Part shown: piece by piece, positions 10,876 through 23,200 of the stretch
How positions within the stretch are numbered: position 1 is the first letter of the stretch
How the letters are laid out: every line of letters begins with the position of its first letter
Source of the DNA: Rhynchopus sp. YZ270_cl-10
Lineage: Eukaryota
Length of the DNA: 64,000 nt
NCBI GenBank assembly: GCA_964035575.1
Contig: OZ037844.1
Coordinates: forward strand, 1,302,001 to 1,366,000
Reading direction: 5' to 3'
The notes under the pieces: model-generated
Databases searched by the model: none
Seen by the model: the letters and a program-made list of their open reading frames with translations, nothing else
Told to the model about the DNA's origin: nothing
Translations under genes and position numbers: made by a program

Positions 10876-11595
10876 TGTGGATGAGTGTTTTTATTTTCCC
10901 CATTTCTTTTTTCCAACCCTCTCAATTATTATATTGACACCCCAGCCCCAACTTCCATTTTGTTTTGACCTCTTCAACTTGAACGCAGCAAACCCATTTC
11001 ATTTCTCGCACCCCACCCACCCCCTCCCTTGTTGTTGTAAGTTATGTGCCGCACACCTGCAGCCATCGCTTACAACGGTCAGCTTTAAATATTTTTTTTT
11101 TGTCTTTTGTTGTTTTCGTTTATTCTCAATTTTATTTTTTGGTTTGACGCCACCCCTGTGTGTTGTTTGCTTTATGATTTCTGTACAACGGGAACAGTCT
11201 GTGGTGCACTGGAGAACTAAGACAGGCAGACAATCGAGATTGGCTGTGGAAAAGGATGTTCTCTGTCTTTACCTTTTTTTTCTTTTTTCTTTCTTCTACT
11301 GCACACCAGCCTCCTTCCTCTCACTCTTTATGTAGAGAGCCTTTTTGTTCGTTTTGACCTTTTTTTTGGAAGAACGTAGTACCCACAACGCCTGTTTGTG
11401 CTTTCATGCACACAAGGTGTTTTGTTTGTTGTGTGAGTTTGAGTCTTTCGTCTTTCGATTTCAATGTGTGGATGATGAACAAGTCTGGCTTTTGGATGGT
11501 ATTCCTTAGCTTATTTTTCTACTTTTGTTGAACATGAGGGATGCTCCTCAGAACCTGAATACATTTTTTTTTTTTTTTTTTTTTTGTAAATCAAG

Positions 11596-12439
11596 CAGGG
11601 CTTCCCGCAGGATCTGGGGTTTTGGCTTCCCAGGGGGACCAGCCAAAAAAAGGTGAAAAAAATTTTTTTTTCGCGCCTTGTTGTGTGTGGTGTGTAGTAC
11701 TAACGCTGACGCTACATTACGTTACGCGCCTCTACGCACTTTAAGCGGTCAAAAATCTTTTTTTTCGCCTCCGGCGAAAATGTCCCGGTAAACCGTTAAA
11801 ACTGCTGCATTCACTCGCATATTGCATATCATCTCACGTTCCCCACCTTTGCAGACATTTCCTAGTAGGGGACGAAAGTTGTTGGCGAAGCCACGGTACG
11901 CAGCATTTCAAAATATTGTGCTTAAAATTGCACTATTTTACAGCCAAACTATGTCATGGGTGGCTTGCAATCTTGCGCCGCAGGCGCACGGTACGCTACT
12001 TTTTTCCTTGGCCCCGAAGAGGCAGAAAATAGCGGTTGCAAAGAACCACGAGTATGCCTCATGAACAAAGTGACCCCGTCACAGCCAGAACGCGACTCAA
12101 TTGGTCAAACGCCGAAGGAAAAGGAAGCATGCAGCGTGGCGAAATAAGGCCTGAGCAGATAACTTGGGACTCCGCCGGTCGCTTTGCAAATTCCATTATG
12201 GAAATCTGTCTTGGTCCGGAGGACTTTTTTGGTGCCATCTTTTCCCCCTGTTAGTTGCCTGTATTTGGATGCGCGGCGACGGGAGGGTAGGAAAAGTTTA
12301 AAAAAAATGTGGAAAATTCCTAATAGGCAGCCTCGGAACACTCAACGGCAGGCTGGTCCCCCCTGGTCCCCCCTTATTTTTTTCTTTTTTCCCCAGGGGG
12401 ACCAGTGGTCCCCCCTGGTCCCCCCTGTGGGAAGCCCTG
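11596..12439. mobile_element. Non-autonomous TIR element (CAGGG termini, 5-bp TSD TCAAG); duplicate at 31730-32573
   Basis: TIR CAGGGCTTCCC[G/A]CAGG at both ends. TCAAG at 11591-11595 and 12440-12444. Subterminal cagggggaccag motifs. Confidence 0.8.
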
Positions 12440-12444
12440 TCAAG

Positions 12445-12983
12445 CATAGGTTTCGAACGCGCGTTCGCGTTTTTTGGGCGTTTTCGAGTGCGCGTTTGAA
12501 AAACGAAAAAAAAAACGCGCGTTCGGAAAAAACGAGAAAAAAAACGCGCGTTCGGAAAAAACGAAAAAAAAACGCGCGTTCAGAAAAAACGAAAAAAAAC
12601 GCGCGTTTGAAAAACGGGAAAAAAACGCGCGTTCGGAAAAAACGAGAACAAAAACGCGCGTTTGAAAAACGAAAAAAAAAAACGCGCGTTCGAAAAAGTG
12701 GAAGCCTCATGTTTACGTGGGGAGGTTTTTCGAACGCGCGTCGAAAAAGTGGTTTTTTCAAACGCGCGTCCAGTTTTTCAAACGCGCGTTCGAAAAAACC
12801 ACTTTTTCGAACGCGCGTTTGAAAAAAAAAAAAAAAAACGCCCTTTTTTTTTTACGCGCGTCCGGCTTTTCGAACGCGCGTTTTTTTTTTTTTTTTGCGC
12901 GTTTTTTTTTTTTTTTCATGTGCGCGTTTTCCGATTTTGGATTTGCGCGTTTTCGATTTTCGAACGCGCGTTCGAAACCTATG
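12445..12983. mobile_element. Foldback MITE with CATAGG termini and arrays of AACGCGCGTT; duplicate at 32579-33117
   Basis: TIR CATAGGTTTCGAACGCGCGTTCG at both ends. Followed by ATCAAG (12984-12989). The left ATCAAG copy (11590-11595) is displaced by the adjacent element. Confidence 0.85.
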
Positions 12984-14428
12984 ATCAAGGTACTTGACAA
13001 TAGGAAATAGAAACGACGGAAGGTGCGTGCCCGCCAGCTTGTGTTTTCTCACTCATTATTTTTTCTCTCTCATACAACACACACTTCAGCGAAAAAACAC
13101 AACAAGCTTGCGGAGCGATAAACGAAAAAGTTGTTTTTCATTGTTTTCTTTTTATTCAGAACCGAAAGTTAGTTTCTATTTTTGACTTTGCGTCTTCTTC
13201 CCGAACCGCCCCCTTTGGGTACATTCGTTCTTCACATGACCCATACCACCCACACCACCCTTGTTCGTAGGGCGGCGTTTTATTTTATCCTGGGTTTTGT
13301 TTTGACTGGCTCGTCAGTGTGACTGTCTGCGAGTGTGTGCACACACCAAGTCCTTGAACAACACATGTTCGGTTCTTCTGCTGTGCGCACAGGAGCAGTG
13401 CTGCTGTCCTTTACCTTTTGTTGTTGTTCCAATTTATTTTGCTCTTTTGTTGTTGTTGTTTCTGTTTTCTATTTTCTATTTTCTATTTTCTATTTTCTAT
13501 TTTCTGCAGCTAAGCCCCGTGATGTGCTAGCCCTTGTGCCTGCACAGACGACAGCAGGCAGCGTGCCAGACCTGTTTGTCACTCATCTTTCCAATAGAGT
13601 CATGCTTTTGACTTCGCGAGTGTGCTACGAACAGGGGACGGTGTGCTGTGCTGTGGTCTGATCTGATGTAGGACGAGCGCTCGTTGTGTCCTTGCTTCTC
13701 TTGCAACACCCCTTTGTTAATTCTTGTTGTTCACACAGAACTTTGATGCCAACCAAGGCAACGCCAACATTCGGATCTCTGCCAACATGCGTTTCCCCCT
13801 ATTTCGGAATCCTGTCTGCCTACCCTGCACGTGTCGCACACATGCAGGCGAACGCCAGTACATGGTCTTTCCTGATACAATGTTGCAGTGATGAGTTTGG
13901 TGGATGAGATTGTGTCTGGTTATTTCTTCAATTTCTCTTTTCTGTGTTCCTGCGCGACACCCGACCCTGCTGTTTGCTTTCGTGGTGCATTTGCACCTGT
14001 TTCACATTCACTGGGAGGTGGTTTGGACCCTTGTCAAAAGGACCCTAGCACCCCCCCTGGTCGTCCACCCCTTTCCCTCTTCCCTCTTCCCGCTTTTCCC
14101 ACTGCCCCACCCTGCACCCTGCACCCTGCATCGATCCCACGCACCGAACCCCCCTGTCGCGTGGTTCTGCATCCGGATCCTTTGTTGAGGTGCCAGGCAA
14201 CATTGATGACGACGTTCTTTTCAACATTTTTCTGTCTTTGTGGTTGTTGGTTTGCTTTCGTTTTGTTGAGGTCAACCCACTGTTCCTTCTCTTCCCCCCT
14301 TTTTCCCCCTTTCCCCCTGTTTACACCTCGTTATCAATCCGAAAAATCCAAAAATAAAATGAAGGGGCACCTCACATAGTTTCTTGTTTGTGTCATAAAG
14401 AGTGTAGACAACACAGTCCCCCACACTA

Positions 14429-14572
14429 GCACCACATCACTCCTCACAGGTTTCAAGGTTGAGTTCAGTTACGTTTATATATTTTTGTTGCCTCAGAAGA
14501 AGGAAAAGGAAAAGGAGAAGGAGAAGGAGCAAGAGCTCGGAGAGCTTTCCTCAAGGCGCAAGGCGACACACA
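14429..14572 (+). promoter_or_regulatory. 5' leader / candidate trans-splice acceptor module of the ankyrin gene
   Basis: Highly similar to 17082-17232: cctcacag-gtttcaaggttgagtt..ttgcctcag-aagaagg..gcaagagctcgga..ggcgcaaggcgacacaca. Confidence 0.55.
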
Positions 14573-14611
14573 TAGCAATAACATCACGTCTACGTACACG
14601 TGGGGGATGAG

Positions 14612-16881
14612 ATGCACGAAGAGGAAACCATGTCGAAGGAGCAACACGCAGACAGCACACCTGACGAGAAGGCACCAAAGAGAAGAGAGCCTTCTGCAGA
14701 CTCGGTCTTGGTGGAGGCTGCCAGGAACGGCGACACGACTGCCGTGCGGGTGGGACTTGAGAAGCTCAGCACAGACACAGACAGCAAAACGGTTGTTGTT
14801 GCCTTCGATGCTGTGCACGAGGCATGCAGAGGGAACCACGATGAATGCCTCGCACTGCTTCTTCCGTATGTTGAGACAACGCAGATGGGCTTCGGGATGC
14901 TGCTGAGTGAGTGCATCCACGCAGACCACACTGCGTGCACGGAGGTCCTCTTGCAGCATTGGAAGTCAGTCTGCAGCAACGTTGCGTTTGTCCCACACGG
15001 GAGCAACACGAAAGGAAAGAAACCTCGTCCCTGTCCAGCCATGTGGGCGGACCCTGCAGTGTGTCAGGTGCTCATTGATGCAGGGGCAGACATTGAGACA
15101 AAGGATGAGGATGGACGTTCGCCTCTGCTCAGGGCAAGCATTTCAGGCAAGTCCGCAGTTGTGAAGATGTTGGTTGAAGCAGGTGCGGTAGTGCGTTTCA
15201 CAGACAAGCAAGGACTCACGTGTATTGTCCTTGCGTCTTGTTTTGGACACAACGAGACTGTGCGTTACCTTGTTGGCTTGAAGGAGGTGGGCGTGAATCA
15301 CTCAGATGCTAAAGCTACACTGCGTTGCACTGGGCAGGTCAAAAAAATTATCCTGAAGTCGTTCAGGTGCTCATTGATGCGGGGGCAGACATGGAGATGA
15401 AGGATGAGGATGGACATTCGCCTCTGCTCAGGGTAAGCAGTTCAGGAGCACTCGATGTCGTGAAGATGTTGGTCGATGCAGGTGCGGACGTGCGCGCCAC
15501 TAACAACAAAGGACGCACATGTCTTATCTGTGCGGCACATAAAGGACACACCGAGACTGTGCGCTATCTTGTGGGTTTGAAGGATATGTATGTGAATCAC
15601 TCAGGTGATGAAGGCTGTACTGCGTTGAGACGTGCAGTTGTGCGAAACCACCTAGATGTGGTGGAGGTGCTCGTTGATGCAGGGGCAGATATCGAGACAA
15701 GAGGCAAATACGACCGTACCCCGCTCCTGGTGGCGAGCCAGTGTGGGACCCTTCGTGTTGTGGAGGTGTTGGTCAAAGCAGGTGCGGATGTGTGTGTCAC
15801 AGACGACGAAGGAGATACATGTCTTATGCTTGCGGCTGTCAATGGGCGCACCGAGACTGTGCGCTATCTTGTGGGCTTGAAGGATGTGGACTTGAACCAC
15901 TCAGATGATGAAGGCCGCACTGCGTTGAGACATGCAGCCGTGGGAAACCACTCGGACGTGGTGCAGGTGCTCATTGATGCAGGGGCTGATATTGAGGCAA
16001 AGGACCAGAAGGGACGTTCCTCCCTTCACAAGGCTAGCAGTTCAGGAGCACTCGATGTGCTGAAGACGTTAGTTGCAGCAGGTGCGGACGTGCGTGCCAC
16101 AGACAACAAAGGAGCCACGTGTCTTGCCCTTGCGGCACGTAAAGGACATACCGAGACTGTGCGCTATCTTGTGCGCTTGAAGGGGGTGGACTTGAAGCAC
16201 GTTGATACCACAGGCTGGCCTGCATTGAGCCATGCAGTTGCGCGAAACCACCCGGACGTGGTGGAGGTGCTCATTGATGCAGGGGCAGACATTGAGACAA
16301 GAGACAACCACGAGCGTACGCTACTCCTTGTGGCGAGCCAGCATGGGAATCTTCGAGTTGTGAAGGTGTTGGTCAAAGCAGGTGCAGACGTGTGTGTCAC
16401 AGACAACAAAGGACTCACGTGCCTTTCCCTCGCGGCTATTTATGGACGCACCGAGACTGTGCGTACTCTTTTGTGCATGCCTGAGGTGGACGTGAATCAG
16501 TCACAAAACAGCGGCTTCACTACACTGCATTGCGCAGTGTTAAAGAAGCGCTCTGCTGTGGTGCAGGTGCTCATTGATGCAGGGGCAGACATCGAGGTGA
16601 AGCGAGACAGATTTTCACCTCTATGCTGTGCTTCTGAGGTTGGGGAACTCGGCATTGTACAAATGTTGGTGGAAGCAGGTGCGGGAGTGAGTGTCACAGA
16701 CAATAAAGGTGACACATGTCTTATCATTGCGGCACACAAAGGACACACCGAGACTGTGCGCTATCTTGTGGACTTGCCAGAGGTGGATGTGAACCACAGA
16801 AATGTTTCTGGCCTGACTGCGTTGCAGCATGCGCGCCACAAACAACATGCAGATGTGGTGCAGATTCTTTCTCTCATTTGA
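14612..16881 (+). pseudogene. Ankyrin-repeat protein gene with a single frameshift near 15314 (pseudogene or sequencing error)
   Basis: ORFs 14600-15400 and 15325-16881 carry repeated G.T.L..AA..GH.E.V..L and VLIDAGADIE motifs with a ~99-100 aa super-period. Restoring one G in aaa-g(g)ctacactgcgttg rejoins the frames, as in the paralogous repeat gaaggctgtactgcgttg. Confidence 0.85.
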
Positions 16882-17081
16882 AACAGTATTGTATGCAAGA
16901 AGCACTGTCGACGATGTAACGAAATAGCGCCACAGAGGTTGGCGTAGCACCCCTCATCCTAGTGATTCATTACTACTTGGTTTTGCACTGAGCCCGAATG
17001 ACAACCGAACCCAAAAAAGAGAGAGCCCGTTTCAATACATTTCTTGCTCCCCCCCTATCCAACCCCAGCCTCTCCCCCAAA

Positions 17082-17232
17082 GCACCACACTACCCCTCAC
17101 AGGTTTCAAGGTTGAGTTTAGTTACTTTTATATATTTTTGTTGCCTCAGAAGAAGGAGAAGGAGAAGGAGCAAGAGCAAGAGCAAGAGCAAGAGCTCGGA
17201 CAGTTTTCCTCAAAGGCGCAAGGCGACACACA
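17082..17232 (+). promoter_or_regulatory. 5' leader / candidate trans-splice acceptor module of the giant gene
   Basis: C-rich tract ending in cacag (17098-17102), immediately upstream of ATG 17251. Direct repeat of 14429-14572. Confidence 0.55.
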
Positions 17233-17250
17233 GCGTCGTCGAGGCTAGGG

Positions 17251-20200
17251 ATGCGGCGGGATATGAAGAGCCCCGCGTTGCTGCTGGTAGCGGTGTGCTG
17301 GATGCTGCTGCTGGGGGCTGTGCCAGGATTTGGGGAGGAGGTGGCGGAGGAGGAGGAGGAGGAGGGTCCGTGTGGGCTGAAGGAGTGCGCGTCGCTGGGG
17401 TCTGAAGCAGCGCCACAGAACCACGCGACGTACGCGGCGCCGGAGAAGGAGACGCAGACGCCGTTCTCGCTGACAACGCTGACGGGGGCGTTCCGGGAGC
17501 CGCTGGTTGCGCTGCAGGGGACGGTTGTGTCGGCTGCGATGGAGGAGGGGGAGGCGCTGATGAACAAGGTCGGGGCGTCGGAGCTGGTGGACTACGTGAA
17601 GTCGGACGCGGTGCTGGGCCCGCTGCAGGACAAGGTTGGTGCGATGCTTGAGGGGATCACGGACATTGTGGAGGCGGCGAGCGAGGAGGCGCTTGGGGAC
17701 ACTGCGTCGCTGTTCGACGCGATCAGCCAGGACCTTGTGGGGACTGTCGGGAGCGACGTGTGCAAGGCGGACGGTGCGACGGCGCACCTGCAGGAGCGCC
17801 TGCAGCGCCGTGCGTCGGCGCTGTCGTCGTCGAAGACGTCGTGCCACCCGCTGGACCTGCCGTGCTGGGTTGCGAAGCTGACGATTGACACGCAGTTTGC
17901 GGACGGGCCGGGGACGCCGGAGTACAACCCTGTGATTGCTGTGACGGCGGGGATTGGGATGGACTTCCCGTTGAAGGAGGACGGACACGTGCAGGTGGGG
18001 CTTGGGCTTGGGTTGGGGCTGAGCAACGCGTGGAATGTGTGGGACGGGACGTATACTGCCGGGTTTGACGTGGGGGTGTCGGCGTCTGTGAGTGTGACTG
18101 CGGACAGGCCGAAGACGCAGGCGGAGGCGGATGCGGCGGTGGTGGCTGCGAGGACGGTGCGCACCGATGCGGTGACGACACGTTTGAATGCGCGTGCTGC
18201 GATGGCGGGACAGCAGGCGGCCGTGGACGCGCTTGTTGCGCGGGAGACGGTGTCGGACAGGAAGGTGGCGGCGAAGAAGAAGGCCCTTGCTGCTGCGGAG
18301 GTGGACACTGGGGCTGCGCAGAGGCGGACTGCTGCTGCGGTGCGGGACCTGGCGGCTGCAGAGAAGACGGTGCTTGAGTGCACGACGACGCTGAACACGC
18401 AGACGGCACGGAAGAGTGTGGCGGAGGGGCTGAAGCCGTCTGTGACGACGAGGCTGGCAGACCTGGCAGCGCTGTACTCGACGAAGACGGCGGAGTACGA
18501 GGCACACTACAGCACGTACCTGGGGGCAAAGACGCTCGAGGTGCTGGCGGAGGGCGGGGGCGACGTGGCGGCGATTGCACAGGCCAAGACAGAGACGGCT
18601 GTGGCGTTCAAAAAGATGACGGTGGCAGGGAACGTTGCGAAGGTGGTCGGGACACGGAAGACCGCGGCCCAGGCGGAGCTGGGGGTGCTGAACCGGGAGA
18701 TCCTTGATGCCGGACGCGAGGTGGCACGCATGACGGAGCGGCTGCCGATGAAGACGGCGTACAGGGATGTGCTGCGCGACGAGTCGCTGCCTGCAAAGCG
18801 TGCGGTGGAGGCGGAACGGGTGTCGGCGGAGGCGGCTGTGCGGACGGAGCTGTTGGAGGCGAAGACTGAGGCTGCCGGGATTGCGTCGGAGAGGAAGCCG
18901 TACGACGCGACTATTGCGACGGCGAACGCGGCGGACCGGGCGTACGGGACGGCAAACAAGGCCTACACGAAGGCGCTGGAGGAGGCGGAGGCGATCCGGC
19001 TGGCAGCGGGGCCGAAGAAGGCGATGGACTACCTGCGCGACAACCTGGGGGTCTCGCTCGGGGTGGCCTTCACAGACAGGACCTGGATGGGTGGGCTTGG
19101 GCTGTCCCTGTCGTTTTCGCTGTTTGGGCTTGAGCTGACGGCAATGTTCACGATCCCGACGCACCTGCACTGCCTGTCGCTTGAGATGCACGACCGGGAC
19201 GGGGCGTTCCCGAAGGAGTTCTTCAAGTGGCTCTACTTCACAGGGTTCTCTGTGAACATTCTGTCGTCGTCGATTGTGGACCTGAAGGACGCCGACATCT
19301 TTGGGGGCTACGGGGAGAACCTGAAGGAGCAGATGTTCATTCTCAAGAAGATCAGCCAGGCCTTCAAGAGCGACCCGGTGAAGACGGACCCGTTGACGGG
19401 GGAGAAGAAGGGGAAGACGTGGGGGACGTGGCTGAAGGAGAACTTCGAGGTGAGTGTGAGTGTGGAGATTGGGTTCTCAAACGGGCACGGGTCGACACTT
19501 GACGGCGCGTGGTCGAGCCTGAAGTGCTACGACGAGTGTGCGATTGGGGTGAACGCGAACCAGTGCTCGGAGGAGCATGGGTTTGCGTGCTACGACCCTG
19601 CGCCGTACGACAGGAACGACTGGCAGTGCCGTGTGGTGGACGAGTGTGCGATTCCGGAGGTGCTGAAGATCTGCACGGACGCGCGGCAGACGTGCCACGA
19701 CCCTGTGCGGGCGTCGGAGGACGACCCGCATGTGTACGGGAACTGGATGTGTGTGTGCGCGGGCGCGGATGTGGCCTCGGGCGACGCAGCGGCAATGCAG
19801 ACGGCGGCTGCGGTGCGCACGTGTGCGACGGCAGACACAGAGTGCGAAGGGAATAGTGTGTGTGCGGACGTGGGGCAGATCTGCGTTGACCCTTCTACGG
19901 CGCCCGGGGACTGGCGGTGTGTGTGTGTGTCGCCGCAGGAGGGGTTTGCGGTGGGGGCTGCTGCAGTGTGTGCGAAGAACGAGTGTCTGGCGGGGTGTGC
20001 GTACTGGACGGCGGCGCGCATGCAGGGGCCTGCTTCGGACCTCCCCGACTGGACCGACCTGCCGAAGGACAAGACGTACTGCTGGAACGGGCTGCACAGC
20101 ACCACCATTGTGAGTGAGTGTGCCATCAACGAGTGCGAGACGGACGTGAACCTGGCTGTGTGTGCCGACGAGGGGCAGACGTGTCTGGACCCAAGCCACA

Positions 20201-23200
20201 ACACAGTTGGGGACTGGCGGTGCGAGTGCGTGGGGGGCGCGGTTGCGGCTGAGCCCGAGGGGGGCGTGGAGGCTGAGACGCCGACGCAGACGGCGCTTGT
20301 GTGTGTGGTGAACGAGTGTGACATGCTGTCGCCGTGTGGGGCGTACCAGACCTGCACCGACACGGACGAGGAGCACCTGAACAGCTGGGTGTGCGAGTGC
20401 AACGCGCCGACTGTGGCAGCGACTGTGGATGTGACAGGGGTGTCGCTTGTGTGCACGCAGGACGAGTGTGCGGTCGCCGCTGTGGCGGCTGTGTGCACGG
20501 CAGTTGGGCAGACGTGCCGCGACCCGACGCCGACGCCGGGGTCAACCGGGGACTGGGTCTGCGTGTGTGCGTTGCCGCTGTCCGGGTTTGCGCAGGGGGC
20601 TGTGGCGAGGTGCTCGGAGTGCACCCTTGCGGGGCGTGTGGACACGTGTGCGGACGCAGGGAAGCGGTGCTTTGACACGGACGAGACGGACGGGAGCACG
20701 GGCGGGACGTGGTCGTGTGTGGAGCCGTCTGCGGAGGTGGCTGCGGGGGTGGCGCACAACGAGTGTGCTGCCGGCGGTGTGGCCTTCTGTGGGGAGGGGC
20801 AGACGTGCTACGACGACGACGAGGCGGCTGCAGGCACGTGGTACTGTCTCTGCGACACAGGGGTGGGGCAGGGGCAGCAGCAGCGTGCTGCGGTGTGCGT
20901 GCTCAACGAGTGTATGGGGTCGAACCCGTGTGAGCCCGACACCTGCCTGGACACAAACCCGACTGCGCCTGCCCTTGCGGACTACACGTGCACGGCGGTG
21001 TCTGCATCTGCATCTGCGCACGCGGCACACGCTGCGGCGACACAGAAGAAGAGCGCACACCGGGCAGGGCGCATGGCAGCAGCCCTGTCGGACAGCTCCA
21101 TTGCGACAGCTGCCCTGGAGGAGGTGATGACACTGTTTTCACACCTGCGCCCGATTCTTGAGGAGGGGAAGGTGGTGGCGCCGTTCTGCCTGGGGGCGAC
21201 ATGCGACGACGAGACACCGGACACAAAGAAGACCGTGCAGGGGACGGCGCTGGCGCAGCTGACGGAGACGTGCGATGCACTTGAGGCCCACGTGTACGTC
21301 GACGAGCTGCTGCTGAGCAACGTGATCTTTGTGGCAACAAACGGGGTGCCGGGCTTTGGGGACGACACGGTGGAGCTGCTTGTGGCAGCTGTGGCCGGGT
21401 TCGGGCTGCAGGACGTGGATGTGGAGCTCCTTGTCGGGGGGGATGGGTTCTCGCTGACCGGGGCCGGGAGGGTGCTGGTGGCCGACGTTGGGGAGGGGCT
21501 GCTTGGGACGGTGATTGGTGCCCTTGCGGGTGTGCTGGAGGACATCCAGGTGGTGGTGACTGTGGATGTTGGGTTTGACGGGTCGGCGTCGGTGCGGTTT
21601 GAGGTGTCGCTGGTGGCACCGGACACGGACCTGAAGGACGTGGCTGTGGTGAACGAGGAGGGGACACTGGGGCTGAATGTCTTCTACGAGGCGGGGACAA
21701 CGCTGCTTGGGCCGGTGTCGACGGTGGGCGTGTCGCTGCCGTTGAAGGTGTGTGTGGAGGACTGCGACCCTGTGACGGTGGACAGCCGCTTCATCTACTT
21801 CACCGGGACGGTGCAGGCGAAGACGGTTATGGGCACGGTTGAGGCGCAGGGGCTGCTGGAGATGGAGGGGACGTGGGACCGGGCGCTGGGGCTGCCGTTT
21901 CTGCACATCTCGAACGCACGCCTCGGGGTGGGTGCGAGCATCAGCCCGACACTGGCGTTTCCAACTAGCATGACGGTTGGTGCAAGCGTGTGCCTGGGTC
22001 TGCCCGAGAGCTGTCTTGAGACGCCGCGTGCAGACGCGAACTACGTGGAGGCGAAGGCGTACCTGTCGTGGAGTGCGGTGGACCCGCAGGAGAACTGGTT
22101 TGTGGTGATGGTGTCGGAGCTGACGCTGGAGAAGGTGGTGCACATCCTCTCGACAGAGGATGTGCTGCCGGAGCTGGCGGTGTTCAAGGGGATGCCGAGC
22201 AAAATTGGGCAGAGTGGGATATACCCGCTGAAGTCCAAGGACTGCGACGTGCTTGGGGAGGCGGCAAACACAACGGCGCTGGACAAGGACTGCTTTGCCT
22301 TCTTCTCGCTGAACCCCGGGACAAAGACACAGACACTCGAGTTCGCAGACGGGAACGACATTGTGATTCCGCGCGGTGTGACACTGTCGGGGCGCCTGCG
22401 CATCCTGGACTTTGAGTTTTCGATTGACGCAGCCTTCTCAGCGACGCAGCTGTACATCGACGCGGAGATGGGGAAGGTCGAGTCGGACGGGTCCTACGGG
22501 CCGCTCACGATGGCGGTTGCGGGGAAGGAGCTCATCACCTTGGGGCGGGCGCGGGTAGACGGGAGGGTTGTCGGGGGCCCGAAGTTCCTTGTGGACGTGA
22601 GCAAGACGAGTGCGCTGGTGAACATCAGCGGCTACCTCGAGATCCCGATGCTGAAGACGTACGGGTCGCTGGTTGTGGCGGTGAACGACGACGAGTTCGC
22701 GTTTGACGCGGAGCTGTCCCTGTTTGGGCTGCTGTCGGTGTCGGTGAAGGTGCAGTGGGACTGGAACATGACGAACTTCAACTTCGCGATGGCGAGCGGG
22801 GGTGAGGGGGGGTCGATCGGTGCCGGGGACGCGCTTGTGTCGCTGAACTCGATGTCGTTTGTGTACTCGGCAGAGAAATCGCTGGCACGTGTGGACGCAA
22901 GCATCACGGTGTTCTTGACGCTGGAGGTGGACGCGTACCTCGAGATTGATGGGAACTGGCTGGCGTTCGGGATCTCCGGGAAGTTGCTGGGTGCGACGGT
23001 GTCGGTGGACGGGCGGGCGCTGCTCTCCCTGGCGACGCCGACGTTCACGCTGACGGTGACCTTCTCGCTCGGGGAGACGCTGGCGAAGATCGGGAAGGCA
23101 GTGTGGGGCGGGATCAAGAAGGTGGGGGCGGTGCTGACGCAGGCGTGGGACTACGTCGGGGAGAAGATCAGCAAGATCACTGGGGCGATCAAGGACTTTT

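Larger units (their letters stand above)
1..14420 (+). repeat. Segmental/tandem duplication, copy A (matches 20137-~34555)
   Basis: Identical ORF patterns at offset 20136, then 20134 after the 2-bp deletion. Similarity decays around 14290-14420 / 34425-34555. Confidence 0.95.

Noticed and set aside
11170..11715. Short matches to spliced-leader-like words (tttctgtac at ~11178, actaacgct at ~11699)
   Set aside because: They are too short, far apart, and lack the rest of an SL RNA exon and donor.
12445..12983. CRISPR-like regular palindromic repeats
   Set aside because: The repeats are only ~10 bp, the spacers are low-complexity A-tracts, there are no cas genes, and the array is bounded by TIRs in a eukaryotic context.
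12184..13052. Lys/Arg- and Phe-rich ORFs
   Set aside because: They are translations of the AACGCGCGTT and A-tract arrays of the foldback MITE.
13464..13505. (TTTTCTA)6 microsatellite
   Set aside because: An ordinary simple repeat, duplicated with the segment.
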